Source: Candidatus Eiseniibacteriota bacterium
Lineage (GTDB): Bacteria; Eisenbacteria; RBG-16-71-46
Assembly: GCA_963717935.1 (NCBI GenBank)
Contig: CAVQXP010000004.1
Location: 384,001-448,000 of the forward strand
Direction: 5' to 3'
DNA length: 64,000 nt
Positions 8,821 through 17,835 of the stretch are shown here, in pieces; within the stretch, counting starts at the first letter, position 1; each line of letters opens with the position of its first letter. A model generated the notes under the pieces. It had not been told where the DNA came from, did no database searches, and was given only the letters and a program-made list of their open reading frames with translations. Made by a program: the position numbers and the translations under genes.

Positions 8821-10251
8821 ATGCTCGAAGCCCCATCCGGACTCTCCGACCTCGTCCCCCGCGAACTCGCCGCCGAGTTGCTCGAACTGGGTCGCGCACA
8901 GGGCGCCGAGTTCGCCGAGGTCTACGCCGAGCACACCGTGGTCTCCGCCTTCACGCTCGAGGAGCGCCGCATCCGTTCGTCGGAGCACTCGCGCGGCCAG
9001 GGCGTGGGGGTGCGCGCGATCCACGGCGAGCAGACCGGCTACGCCTACGCCGACGGCTTCGACGCCGGGGACCTGCGCGAGGCCGCCCGCGTCGCGGCCC
9101 GCATCGCGCGCGACCGCGGCCCGGGCGGGCCGCCACGCGCCTTCGCCGTCGTGGACGCCCCGGCGCCCTTCACCCTCGCCGCGCCCGTGACGCTCACGCT
9201 CGACTCGGCCCGCAAGGTGGAGATGCTGCGCCGCGCCGACGAGGCCGCACGCGGGCACGACGGCCGCATCCACGAGGTCTCGGCCGGCTTCGCCGATTCC
9301 TCGAAGAGCTACCTGGTCGCCAACAGCGACGGGTTGTGGGCCGAGGACCGGCACTTCCTCGCGCGCCTCGCAGTCACGGCCTTCGCCACCGAGGGCGAGG
9401 TGCGCCAGCATGGCTACTTCACGGGCGGTGGGAGTGTCGAGGCTTCGTACTTCGAGGACCAGCGCACGCCCGAGCAGATCGCGCTCGAAGCGGCGGGCGT
9501 GGCGGTCACGCTGCTGCGCGCCGAGGAACCCCGGGCCGGCACCTACCCGGTCGTGGTCGCTCCGGGCTGGGGTGGCGTGCTCGTGCACGAGTGCTTCGGG
9601 CACGGTATGGAGGGCGACGTCATCCGCAAGCAGTCCTCGATCCGCGCGTCCCAGATGGGGCGGTTGGTCGCCGCCCGAGGCGTGACCATCGTGGACTCGG
9701 GCCTGGTGCCGTTCTCGCGCGGCTCCTTTCGCGTGGACGACGAGGGCACGCACGCCCAGCGCACCGTGCTGGTCGAGGACGGCGTGCTGGTCGGCTACCT
9801 GTGGGACCTGCTGAACGCGCGGCTCACCGGGAACCGCCCCACCGGCAACGGCCGGCGCGCATCGTACCGCGACTACCCGCTGTGCCGCATGACCAACACC
9901 TTCATCGAGGCCGGGCCGCACCCGCCCGCGGACCTCATCGCCTCGGTTCCCCGCGGGCTCTACTGCAAGAACCTGGGCGGCGGCTCGGTCAGCCCGGCGG
10001 ACGGCAACTTCTCGTTCCAGGTCACCGAGGCCTGGCGCATCGAGGACGGCCGGCTCGTCGCTCCGGTGCGCAACGCCACGCTCACCGGCAACGGCGACGA
10101 CGCCATGCTCAAGATCGACGGCGTGGGCAACGACCTGCGGATCGAGGGCAGCACCGGCTCGTGCGGCAAGGACGGCCAGTGGAAGCCCGTGGGCGTGGGC
10201 CAGCCCACCGTGCGCTTCACCGGGATCACCGTGGGGGGCACGGGCACGTGA
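8821..10251 (+). CDS. tldD: TldD metalloprotease (catalytic subunit)
   Basis: HECFGHGMEGD (HExxGH), DDEG, TGNGRR, RMTNT, GSCGKDGQ motifs. Confidence 0.93.
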   Translation: MLEAPSGLSDLVPRELAAELLELGRAQGAEFAEVYAEHTVVSAFTLEERRIRSSEHSRGQGVGVRAIHGEQTGYAYADGFDAGDLREAARVAARIARDRGPGGPPRAFAVVDAPAPFTLAAPVTLTLDSARKVEMLRRADEAARGHDGRIHEVSAGFADSSKSYLVANSDGLWAEDRHFLARLAVTAFATEGEVRQHGYFTGGGSVEASYFEDQRTPEQIALEAAGVAVTLLRAEEPRAGTYPVVVAPGWGGVLVHECFGHGMEGDVIRKQSSIRASQMGRLVAARGVTIVDSGLVPFSRGSFRVDDEGTHAQRTVLVEDGVLVGYLWDLLNARLTGNRPTGNGRRASYRDYPLCRMTNTFIEAGPHPPADLIASVPRGLYCKNLGGGSVSPADGNFSFQVTEAWRIEDGRLVAPVRNATLTGNGDDAMLKIDGVGNDLRIEGSTGSCGKDGQWKPVGVGQPTVRFTGITVGGTGT

Positions 10252-11636
10252 GCGGCGCGGCCCGCGAAGGCGCGCCGCTCGACGCGGCAGCGCTCCTGCG
10301 CCTCGGCACGGAGACCGTGGAGCGCGCGCGGCGGGCGGGTGCCGACCACGCCGAAGCCTGCCTGGAGAGCCTGCGCTCCTTCACCGTGCGGGTGAACGGC
10401 GGCGCGATCGAGAGTCTCAAGCAGAGCGTGACGCGCGGGCTCGGCCTGCGGGTGCTGGTGGGCGGGGCGCAGGGTTTCGTCTCGAGCACCGACCTCACGC
10501 CCGGCTCGCTGGACGAACTGGCCCGCCACGTGGTGGCGCTGGCGCGCTTCTCCACGCCCGACGAGGCCAACGTCTTCCCCACCCCCGCGGACGCCGGCGA
10601 CGAACCGCTGCCGGACCTCGAGCTCGTGGACCCGGCGCTGCTGGCGTGGCCCGCCGAGCGCAGGATCGAGATGGCACTCACGCTCGAGCGGGTCGCACTC
10701 GGGTGCGACCCGCGGATCCACCGCACCGACGGCGCCGGCGTCTCTGCGCGCGACGGGCACGCGGCCCTGGTGAACTCGAGCGGCCTGGCGCGCTCCTCGT
10801 CCGGCACGACGGTGAGCGCGCACGTGGTGCCGCTCGCCGACGACGGCAAGGGCAAGCAGCAGGCCGGCTGGTACGGCATGGTCAAGTGCCGGCTCGACGA
10901 ACTCGAGGCCCCCGAGGACATCGCGCGCGAGGCCGCACGCCGCGCCGTCGCGCGCATCGGCGCGCGCCAGGTCCCCACCGCGCGCGTGCCGGTGATCCTC
11001 TCCCCCGACATCGCGGCGGCCTGGATCGGAGAGATGCTCGAGGCCTTCAGCGGCGAGGCCCACCTCAGGCGGACCTCGTGGCTCACGGACCGGCTGGGCG
11101 AGACCCTCGCCGCGGAGGCGGTGACGCTGGTGGACGACGGGCGGATGCCGCGCGCGATCGGCAGCGAGCCCTTCGACGGCGAGGGGATGCCGACGCGACG
11201 CAACGTGCTGATCGAGCGCGGGCGCTTCGCCACCATCCTCTACGACGTCTATCACGCGCGACGCTGCGGCACGCGCTCGACCGGCAGCGCCGTGCGCGGC
11301 TACTCCTCGACGCCCGGCATCGGTTCGCACAACCTCTACATCGAGGCCGGCGCCGAGAGCCCCGAGACCATCCTGGCGCGGGTGGACCGCGGTTTCTACA
11401 TGGACGACCAGGGTTCGTACGGATTCAACTCCACCACCGGCGACTACTCCTTCCAGGCGCAGGGCTTCTGGATCGAGCGCGGCGCGAAGGCCTTCCCGGT
11501 CGAGGGCGTGACCGTCGCCTCGAATTCGCTGGAGATGCTCCGGAACGTGGCCGCGGTGGGGAACGACCTCCGCTTCCTCGGCAGCGTCGCCAGCCCCACG
11601 CTGCTCATCTCCGAGATGACCATCAGCGGAGGGTAG
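10248..11636 (+). CDS. pmbA: PmbA/TldE family protein
   Basis: GTGA overlap with tldD; FDGEG, STGSA, TGDYS, VGND…SPTLLI; no HExxH. Confidence 0.9.
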   Translation: MSGAAREGAPLDAAALLRLGTETVERARRAGADHAEACLESLRSFTVRVNGGAIESLKQSVTRGLGLRVLVGGAQGFVSSTDLTPGSLDELARHVVALARFSTPDEANVFPTPADAGDEPLPDLELVDPALLAWPAERRIEMALTLERVALGCDPRIHRTDGAGVSARDGHAALVNSSGLARSSSGTTVSAHVVPLADDGKGKQQAGWYGMVKCRLDELEAPEDIAREAARRAVARIGARQVPTARVPVILSPDIAAAWIGEMLEAFSGEAHLRRTSWLTDRLGETLAAEAVTLVDDGRMPRAIGSEPFDGEGMPTRRNVLIERGRFATILYDVYHARRCGTRSTGSAVRGYSSTPGIGSHNLYIEAGAESPETILARVDRGFYMDDQGSYGFNSTTGDYSFQAQGFWIERGAKAFPVEGVTVASNSLEMLRNVAAVGNDLRFLGSVASPTLLISEMTISGG

Positions 11637-11643
11637 GGCCGGC

Positions 11644-13275
11644 ATGTCCATGGTACGGGCCACGGCGGGCGCGCTCGGCATCCAGCGCCCCGACAACAAG
11701 TGGCTGGTGGCCGCCTCGATCTCCTTCGGCGCCATCATGGCCACGATCGACATCTCGATCGTGAACGTGGCGCTGCCGCAGATCCGCGGCTCGATCGGCG
11801 CCTCGATCGACCAGATGACCGCGCTCGGCACCTCGTTCGCCATCGCGCAGGTCATCGTCATGCCGCTCACCGCGTTCCTGGGGCGCTTCCTCGGGCAGAA
11901 ACGGGTCTATCTCTTCTGTCTCGGGCTCTTCCTCGTGGGCTCCATGCTCTGCGGCCTGGCGCACACGCTCCCCCAGCTCATCGCCGCCCGCGCCCTGCAG
12001 GGATTCGGCGCCGGCGCGCTCCAGCCCAGCCAGATGGCGATCCTGCGGCAGACCTTCCCGCCGAAGGAGCAGGGCATGGCGATGGCCGTGGTCGGCATGG
12101 TGATCGTGATCGGCCCGGCCATCGGCCCCGCGCTGGGCGGGTGGATCGTGGACAACTGGTCGTGGCCCTGGATCTTCTACATCAACCTGCCGGTCGGCAT
12201 CGTCGGAATCCTCGCGACCAGCCGCTTCGTGCACGAGCCCGAGGACATCCGGACCGCGAACCGCGCGCAGGCCGAGGTCATGCGCCGGAACCTCGACTGG
12301 CAGGGCATCGCGTACATGAGCGTCGGCCTGGCCGCCCTCCAGTACGTGCTCCAGGAGGGGAACCGCAACGACTGGTTCGACTCCAAGACGATCACGCTGG
12401 CGGCCATCCTGGCGGTGACGGGGATCGTCGCCTTCATCGTGCAGGAGCTGCGCGCGACGGCCCCGGCGGTGAACCTCCGCCTCTTCCGCGACCCCACGTT
12501 CACCTCCGCCACGATCATCGGCGGCATCATGTTCGCGAACCTGATGGCGAACATGTTCCTGCTGCCGGTCTTCATGCAGGAGCTGCTCGGGTTCACCGCG
12601 CTCAAGTCGGGCCTGGCGCTCATGCCGCGCGCCCTGGTGATGATGGTCGCGACCCCCATCGTGGGGCGCATCTACAATCGCGTCTCGCCGCGCCTGCTGG
12701 TGGCCCTCGGCGTGATCTGCGTGGCCCTGGGCTCGCTCGACATGGGGCGCTTCACGCTGCAGACGAGCGACACGGGCATCATCGTCACGCTGCTCCTGCA
12801 GGGCGTGGGTTTCTCGCTGCTGTTCGTGCCGCTCACCACCGTCGCGCTGAGCCACGTCGCGCGCACGCAGCTCACCGACGCGAGTGGCCTGAACTCGCTG
12901 GTGCGGCAGTTCGGCGGCTCAGCCGGGCTGGCCATCTACGGCACGCTGCTCGAGCAGTACGGGGTGCGCGCCCGCGCCGCGCTGGCCGTGCACGTGGATC
13001 CCTACCGGCCCGAGGTGGCCCAGCGGCTCGAACTGATGACGCGGGGCATGATCAGCCACGGCATGGACGCGACCACCGCGAAGGCGGCGGCGTTGAAGGC
13101 GCTGGCCGGCACGGTCGCGCGCCAGGGCACGATGATCGCCTTCGAGAAGACCTTCATGCTCACCGGCTTCATGATGCTCACGCTGCTGGCGCTGGTGTTC
13201 TTCCTGCGGTCGAAGGACCACGAGACCCCGGGGCCGCCCGCGGCGGGACCGCCGCCGCCACATCCGGTGGACTAG
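11644..13275 (+). CDS. emrB: DHA2 (EmrB/QacA) MFS efflux permease
   Basis: IDISIVNVALP, ARALQGFG, GPAIGPALGG, WPWIFYINLPVG; about 14 TM. Confidence 0.92.
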   Translation: MSMVRATAGALGIQRPDNKWLVAASISFGAIMATIDISIVNVALPQIRGSIGASIDQMTALGTSFAIAQVIVMPLTAFLGRFLGQKRVYLFCLGLFLVGSMLCGLAHTLPQLIAARALQGFGAGALQPSQMAILRQTFPPKEQGMAMAVVGMVIVIGPAIGPALGGWIVDNWSWPWIFYINLPVGIVGILATSRFVHEPEDIRTANRAQAEVMRRNLDWQGIAYMSVGLAALQYVLQEGNRNDWFDSKTITLAAILAVTGIVAFIVQELRATAPAVNLRLFRDPTFTSATIIGGIMFANLMANMFLLPVFMQELLGFTALKSGLALMPRALVMMVATPIVGRIYNRVSPRLLVALGVICVALGSLDMGRFTLQTSDTGIIVTLLLQGVGFSLLFVPLTTVALSHVARTQLTDASGLNSLVRQFGGSAGLAIYGTLLEQYGVRARAALAVHVDPYRPEVAQRLELMTRGMISHGMDATTAKAAALKALAGTVARQGTMIAFEKTFMLTGFMMLTLLALVFFLRSKDHETPGPPAAGPPPPHPVD

Positions 13276-13289
13276 CCTGGACGATCAGG

Positions 13290-14489
13290 CTAGGAGTTCC
13301 GGAAGCTCGCCACCACGGCCACGGCGCGGCGCGGCGTGTGCGGCACGCGGCGGTCGTGGCCGCAGCGCACCAGCATGAGCGGCTCCTCGCCGGTCGCGCC
13401 GAAGCGGCGCAACAGCGGGCCACGGAAGCGCTCGAGCTCGAGTGGCGCGTTCATGGGCTGGTGCGCCAGTCCAAGCTGCGTGGCCTTGAGCGCCAGTCGC
13501 TCGTAGGCCTGCCCGCCCAGGAACCAGGCCGACTCGTCGCGGACCGTGGTCGTGAGCAGCGCCACGGCGCCCGCACTGCGCACGCCCTCTCTCGCGCGCT
13601 TGGCCAGGCTGCCCGCGCCGAAGCGCAGGAACCACGAGTCGGGGTCGTAGTAGCGGCCCGCGAACCAGTTCGCCGGGCCGCTCATGCCGAGCGCGTCCAC
13701 CGGCACGCCGTCGCCGCGCCGCGCCGCGTCCCGCAGGCTGGTGCGCAGCCAGAGGTGCTGCTCCGTCTGGATGCGCCGGTTCGAGACCTGCGCGTGCACG
13801 GCGTCGTGGACCAGGTCGGCCAGATCGCGGAGCGCATCGCGGCCGTCCAGCCAGTGCAGGCGCGGGCCGTCCGCCACCTGGGCGTTCAACTGGGCGCGGA
13901 CCTGGGGCATGAGACCCCGTCCGTCGTAGTTGCGGCGGTTCGTCCGCCGGGCGGTCAGCGCGCCGAAGAGTTCGCGGTCGCGCCGCGGGCCACCGCCGTT
14001 CCAGGTCACCTCGGCCACCGCGCCACGCGCGCCCTCGTTGGGCCGGTAGCGCACGGTCGGCTGCAGCCCGTAGGCGCGGGCCGCCACGACCAGGTTCTCG
14101 AGCGCCGCGCCCAGCGAGACCATCAGGCCGCGGCGGTCCGGGTCGCTCGTGGGCAGCGCGCGCTGAGCGTCGGCGAACAGCCGGATCGACTCCGGGTCCA
14201 CCTCGAAACGCCAGGGCTGGGTGTTCCAGTCGCTGGGCGCGAGCACGGCGGCGCCGACCAGGACGCGGGCGAGGTCGAGCCCGGCGGCGGGCGCCTCCGT
14301 GGGGAGCGCCCAGGGCTGCAACGCCACCGAGCCGCCGCGCGCGCGGCGCGCCCAGGCCTCCACGGGACGGAGGGCCGTGTACGCGGCCGCACCACCCACG
14401 ACGATGAGGAACTCACGCCGGCCCAGGATCCGCGGCGGGTCCGGCTCCAGCGCTCCGAGCATCCGCGGCGGCCGCAGGGATGGTTCCAT
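13290..14489 (-). CDS. Acg-type FMN nitroreductase family protein with Tat-like signal
   Basis: APSDWNTQPWRF, SLGAALENL, RRTNR, GQAYER; N-terminal GRREFL…AWA. Confidence 0.82.
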   Translation of the reverse strand: MEPSLRPPRMLGALEPDPPRILGRREFLIVVGGAAAYTALRPVEAWARRARGGSVALQPWALPTEAPAAGLDLARVLVGAAVLAPSDWNTQPWRFEVDPESIRLFADAQRALPTSDPDRRGLMVSLGAALENLVVAARAYGLQPTVRYRPNEGARGAVAEVTWNGGGPRRDRELFGALTARRTNRRNYDGRGLMPQVRAQLNAQVADGPRLHWLDGRDALRDLADLVHDAVHAQVSNRRIQTEQHLWLRTSLRDAARRGDGVPVDALGMSGPANWFAGRYYDPDSWFLRFGAGSLAKRAREGVRSAGAVALLTTTVRDESAWFLGGQAYERLALKATQLGLAHQPMNAPLELERFRGPLLRRFGATGEEPLMLVRCGHDRRVPHTPRRAVAVVASFRNS

Positions 14490-14606
14490 GACCCGCAGAG
14501 AGTGCGCAGCCCGCGCACCATGCGTCAACCCGACAGGACCAACCGCGTGGAAGATGGCGGCTTAGCGGGCTTGCGGCGGCCCCGGGGGCGCGGCTACGGT
14601 CGAGGC

Positions 14607-15134
14607 GTGCCCCCGGCCCGCTTCCTCACCGATTCGTCCCTCGAGTCGCTGGCCCGCCGTCTGCGCTTCCTGGGCTACGACGTGGTCACGCTCGGGGGCG
14701 CGCGGCTCGAGGAGGTCCTCGCGGCGGCGCGGCGCGAGGATCGCACCGTCCTCACCCTGAGCGCGCGGCGGCCACGACGCTGGGCGGACGTGCGGGCGAT
14801 CACGGTCGAGCGCGGCGACGAAGCGGGCGCGGTGCGGAAGGTGGCGGCGTCCTGCGAGCCCGCGGGCCCGCCCTTCAGCCGCTGTGGCGCGTGCGGCACC
14901 GCGCTCGAACGCCGGCACGCCTTCGAGGCGCGCGGCGAGGTGCCGGGCCGCGTGCTGCGCTCGGCGCCCTTCCTCCACTACTGCCCGATCTGCGGCAAGT
15001 GGTACTGGGAGGGCACGCACGTCGCGCGCATCCGCGAGTGGCTCGAGCAGGCGCTCGGCCGCCCGCTGGCGCCGCCGGGAGACGCGCCGGGGCCGGACCG
15101 GGACGGCGCCCACGGCTCTGCTCGAGTGGACTGA
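14607..15134 (+). CDS. Mut7-C (PIN-like) RNase domain protein with Zn ribbon
   Basis: FLTDSSLESLARRLRFLGYD, SRCGACG, CPICGKWYWEGTH; 3' part of shadow ORF 11700..15134. Confidence 0.88.
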   Translation: MPPARFLTDSSLESLARRLRFLGYDVVTLGGARLEEVLAAARREDRTVLTLSARRPRRWADVRAITVERGDEAGAVRKVAASCEPAGPPFSRCGACGTALERRHAFEARGEVPGRVLRSAPFLHYCPICGKWYWEGTHVARIREWLEQALGRPLAPPGDAPGPDRDGAHGSARVD

Positions 15135-15228
15135 CGACCAGGCCCACCTCCCACTCTGCATCGCGGCGGGATCGCGGGCGGGTGGGGCGGCCGGCCGGGG
15201 CATTCCACTCGCGTCACGGCCACACGCC

Positions 15229-16098
15229 TCACCGGCTCCGCGGAGTCATCTCCAATACGGCAAGTCGCGTCGTGCCCGGCATGTTTCGACGGACGTATTC
15301 GAGTTCTTCCCGGTCGTGATACGTGTCGTCCTCGGGCATCCAGTGGAGGGGGATGATGATCGCCGGTTTCACGAGCCCTGCGAAGCGGACCACGTCCCTG
15401 CCCGAGAGCGCATAGGGCTTCCGGACATTCAGTACGGCGATGTCGATGTCGGCAAGCGACTCCATCTCCGGAGTCAGGCCCGTGTCGCCGGAGCAGTAGA
15501 TCCGGACCCCCTCGAGGCAGAGGACGAAACCGAGATACCCTGACGCCCCTGGATGGCTGGCGTTGCGGGCGGAAATGCCTTCGACCTCCACGCCGTCCAC
15601 ATGAGCCGTTTGCCCAGGGGCCAGGGCGACGGCATCCCAACCGGCAAGGGCGCGGACGACTCCCTCGATCGAGACGACTCTGGTGTCTTCCTTCGACAGG
15701 ACCTCGAGGGTCTGCGGGGAGAAGTGGTCGCCGTGATCGTGGGTCACCAGCACGATGTCGGCCTTGGGAAGCGCGTCCACGTCCACCAGGTCGACGGGAT
15801 CCAGATAGATGACTCGCTCCTCGCTCTGGATCTTGATCGCGGTGTGCCCGTAGGGATTCGTCGACCGGAGCCAGGCGATCTTCTGGACCAGCCGTGAGAC
15901 CTCGTCCCGGCCCCGCGGTGCAGCCACCCGTGAAGTGACGCCAGGCGTTGGAGGAAGAGGCGCACGCGTTCCCGTTGCCGCCGGCGTGACTGAAGCAGGT
16001 GGCGTCGCCTGCTCGACGCGCGCTTCAGCACACCCGGCCAACGACCATGCGACCAGGCCCGGCCAGACCAGCGCCTGGAGTCCCCGCGGATGGTTCAT
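15229..16098 (-). CDS. MBL-fold metallo-hydrolase, probable lipoprotein
   Basis: THDHGDH, YCSGDT, IPLHW; lipobox SLAGC. Confidence 0.88.
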   Translation of the reverse strand: MNHPRGLQALVWPGLVAWSLAGCAEARVEQATPPASVTPAATGTRAPLPPTPGVTSRVAAPRGRDEVSRLVQKIAWLRSTNPYGHTAIKIQSEERVIYLDPVDLVDVDALPKADIVLVTHDHGDHFSPQTLEVLSKEDTRVVSIEGVVRALAGWDAVALAPGQTAHVDGVEVEGISARNASHPGASGYLGFVLCLEGVRIYCSGDTGLTPEMESLADIDIAVLNVRKPYALSGRDVVRFAGLVKPAIIIPLHWMPEDDTYHDREELEYVRRNMPGTTRLAVLEMTPRSR

Positions 16099-16296
16099 CG
16101 TCGTGATCCTCTCTCTGGCTGGAGTACCCCGGTCGGCGGTGGAATCGCCGGCCATGACCTGTGTGACGCTGTCTGTCTTCCGGTCAGAGGCGACATCTTC
16201 AATCCTTTCCGAGTCGGGCCTGCCCCCAGTCTAGCGCGGGCACGAGGGCGCCGGGGCGCGGCGCCACGTAAGGGATCCCGCGCTCGTAGCCCTCCA

Positions 16297-16515
16297 GCCG
16301 GGCACCGTCGAGGGCCGCGTCACTTCGACGAAGAACCGGCCGACGAGGGCCAGCCGGGATTCTGGACCAGCGCGTTGTGCTCGATGAACCTGTCGTCGTC
16401 CAGGGAGATCGCGCCGGCGTGCAGGACGGGCCAGTGCGCCGCGGCGACCACGGCCACCACGAGCGCCAGGGCCGCGACCGGCGCGAGCCAGCGGGCAGGG
16501 CCGGCTCGGGATCAC
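16297..16515 (-). pseudogene. frameshifted N-terminal remnant of a TMTC/GT-C-like membrane glycosyltransferase
   Basis: RWLAPVAALALVVAVVAAAHWPVLHAGAISLDDDRFIEHNALVQNPGWPS, then in another frame VGRFFVEVTRPSTVPG; no in-frame start, truncated. Confidence 0.55.
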
Positions 16516-16927
16516 CGGCTCTCGCGACGCAGACAGCGGCCGCAAGCCCGAGGACCGTGAACAACGACAACCGCCGAAGCGCACCTGTCCTGGTTGCACC
16601 CCCTGTACGTGGACCGCCTGCTCGGCGGGATCGAGCAGGACTCAACCACGAGCGAGCGCTTCCGCTCTTCCGCCATCCCCGCCGGTCGTGGGGCGGGGCA
16701 CGAGCCGCGCCGGGGGAGTCGCGTCGTCACCGTTCAAGCCCAGCCCCGGCCGACGGCGTGCATTCACAGGAATCCAGCGCCCCGGCGGCCGGTTCATCGC
16801 CGTCGGCCGCGCCGGGCCCGCGCCGGCGCCCCGAACCCGCCTGCGGCCCTGTGCTAGACTCGTCCGTCGTCAGGCCACCGGACCCGCGGTGCGGGTACGC
16901 CGCTCCAGCCGAGGCACTCCCCCCCGC

Positions 16928-17794
16928 ATGGACCTCAGTCTCATCCTCGTCAACTACAAGTCGCGCGAGCCCCTGCTCGTCTGCCTGCGCGCGCTGCGGG
17001 ACGACGCCCGGGCCGCGGGGATCCGGACCGAGACCGTCGTCGTGGACAACGACTCGCGCGACGGCACGCCCGAGGCGCTGGCGGCGGAGTTCCCGGACGC
17101 GCGGCTCATCGCCAACCGCGAGAACGTGGGCTACGCCCGGGCGGTGAACCAGGGACTGGCCGCGACCGCAGCGCCCTTCGCGCTGGTGCTGAACCCCGAC
17201 TGCACGGTGCGGGCCGGCGCGTTGCGCGCGCTGCTCGACCACGCGGCGGCGCATCCGCGCGCCGGGCTCATCGGCCCCAGGATCCTCAACCCCGACGGCT
17301 CGCTCGAGTACTCGGCGCGCGCCTTCCCCGACCACCTCACCTTCCTCTTCAACCGCTATTCGCTCCTCACCCGGCTGTTCCCGGGCAACCGCTTCTCCCG
17401 GCGCTACCTGCTGACCGACTGGGACCACGCCTCGGCGCGCGACGTGGACTGGATCTCGGGCGCCTGCATGCTGGCGCGCCGCTCGGCGGTCGAGCGGGTC
17501 GGCGGCATGGACGAGGCCTTCTTCATGTTCAACGAGGACGTGGACTGGTGCCACCGCATGAAGCCGGCCGGCTGGACCGTGACCTACGAGCCGGCCGCGG
17601 TCGTGGTGCACCACGTCGGCGCCAGCCGCTCGCGCGTCGCGGCGCGCGTCATCTGGGGCCGGCACCTGGGCATGATCCACTACTTTCACAAGCACCACCC
17701 GACGAACCCGCTGCTCTCGCTCCCGGCCGACGCCCTCATCCTGCTCCGCGCGGGCCTGATGGTCCTGGCGAACGCGCTGAGGCTGCGCGGATGA
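16928..17794 (+). CDS. GT2 family glycosyltransferase (WbbL-like)
   Basis: ILVNY, VVVDNDSRD, LNPD, WISGACML, FFMFNEDVDWC. Confidence 0.92.
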   Translation: MDLSLILVNYKSREPLLVCLRALRDDARAAGIRTETVVVDNDSRDGTPEALAAEFPDARLIANRENVGYARAVNQGLAATAAPFALVLNPDCTVRAGALRALLDHAAAHPRAGLIGPRILNPDGSLEYSARAFPDHLTFLFNRYSLLTRLFPGNRFSRRYLLTDWDHASARDVDWISGACMLARRSAVERVGGMDEAFFMFNEDVDWCHRMKPAGWTVTYEPAAVVVHHVGASRSRVAARVIWGRHLGMIHYFHKHHPTNPLLSLPADALILLRAGLMVLANALRLRG

Positions 17795-17835
17795 GCGGGC
17801 TGCGGGCGGACCCCGCGGGACGGAAGGCGCGCTGA
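17791..17835 (+). other. 14-aa bridging mini-ORF (MSGLRADPAGRKAR)
   Basis: ATGA overlap with GT2 stop and TGATG overlap with next start. Confidence 0.4.

Noticed and set aside
8742..10247. 964-aa ORF suggesting a TldD-PmbA fusion
   Set aside because: Upstream part is an alternative-frame shadow of tldD; pmbA starts at GTG 10248
6034..14489. Complete microcin B17/azole RiPP cluster (TldDE + exporter + flavoprotein)
   Set aside because: No YcaO, E1-like protein or Cys/Ser-rich precursor seen; the flavoprotein is Acg-type and convergent
11700..14606. 1144-aa ORF 11700..15134 as a single protein
   Set aside because: Only 14607..15134 (Mut7-C) is protein-like; the rest is an R/A/G/P-rich shadow of emrB and the nitroreductase
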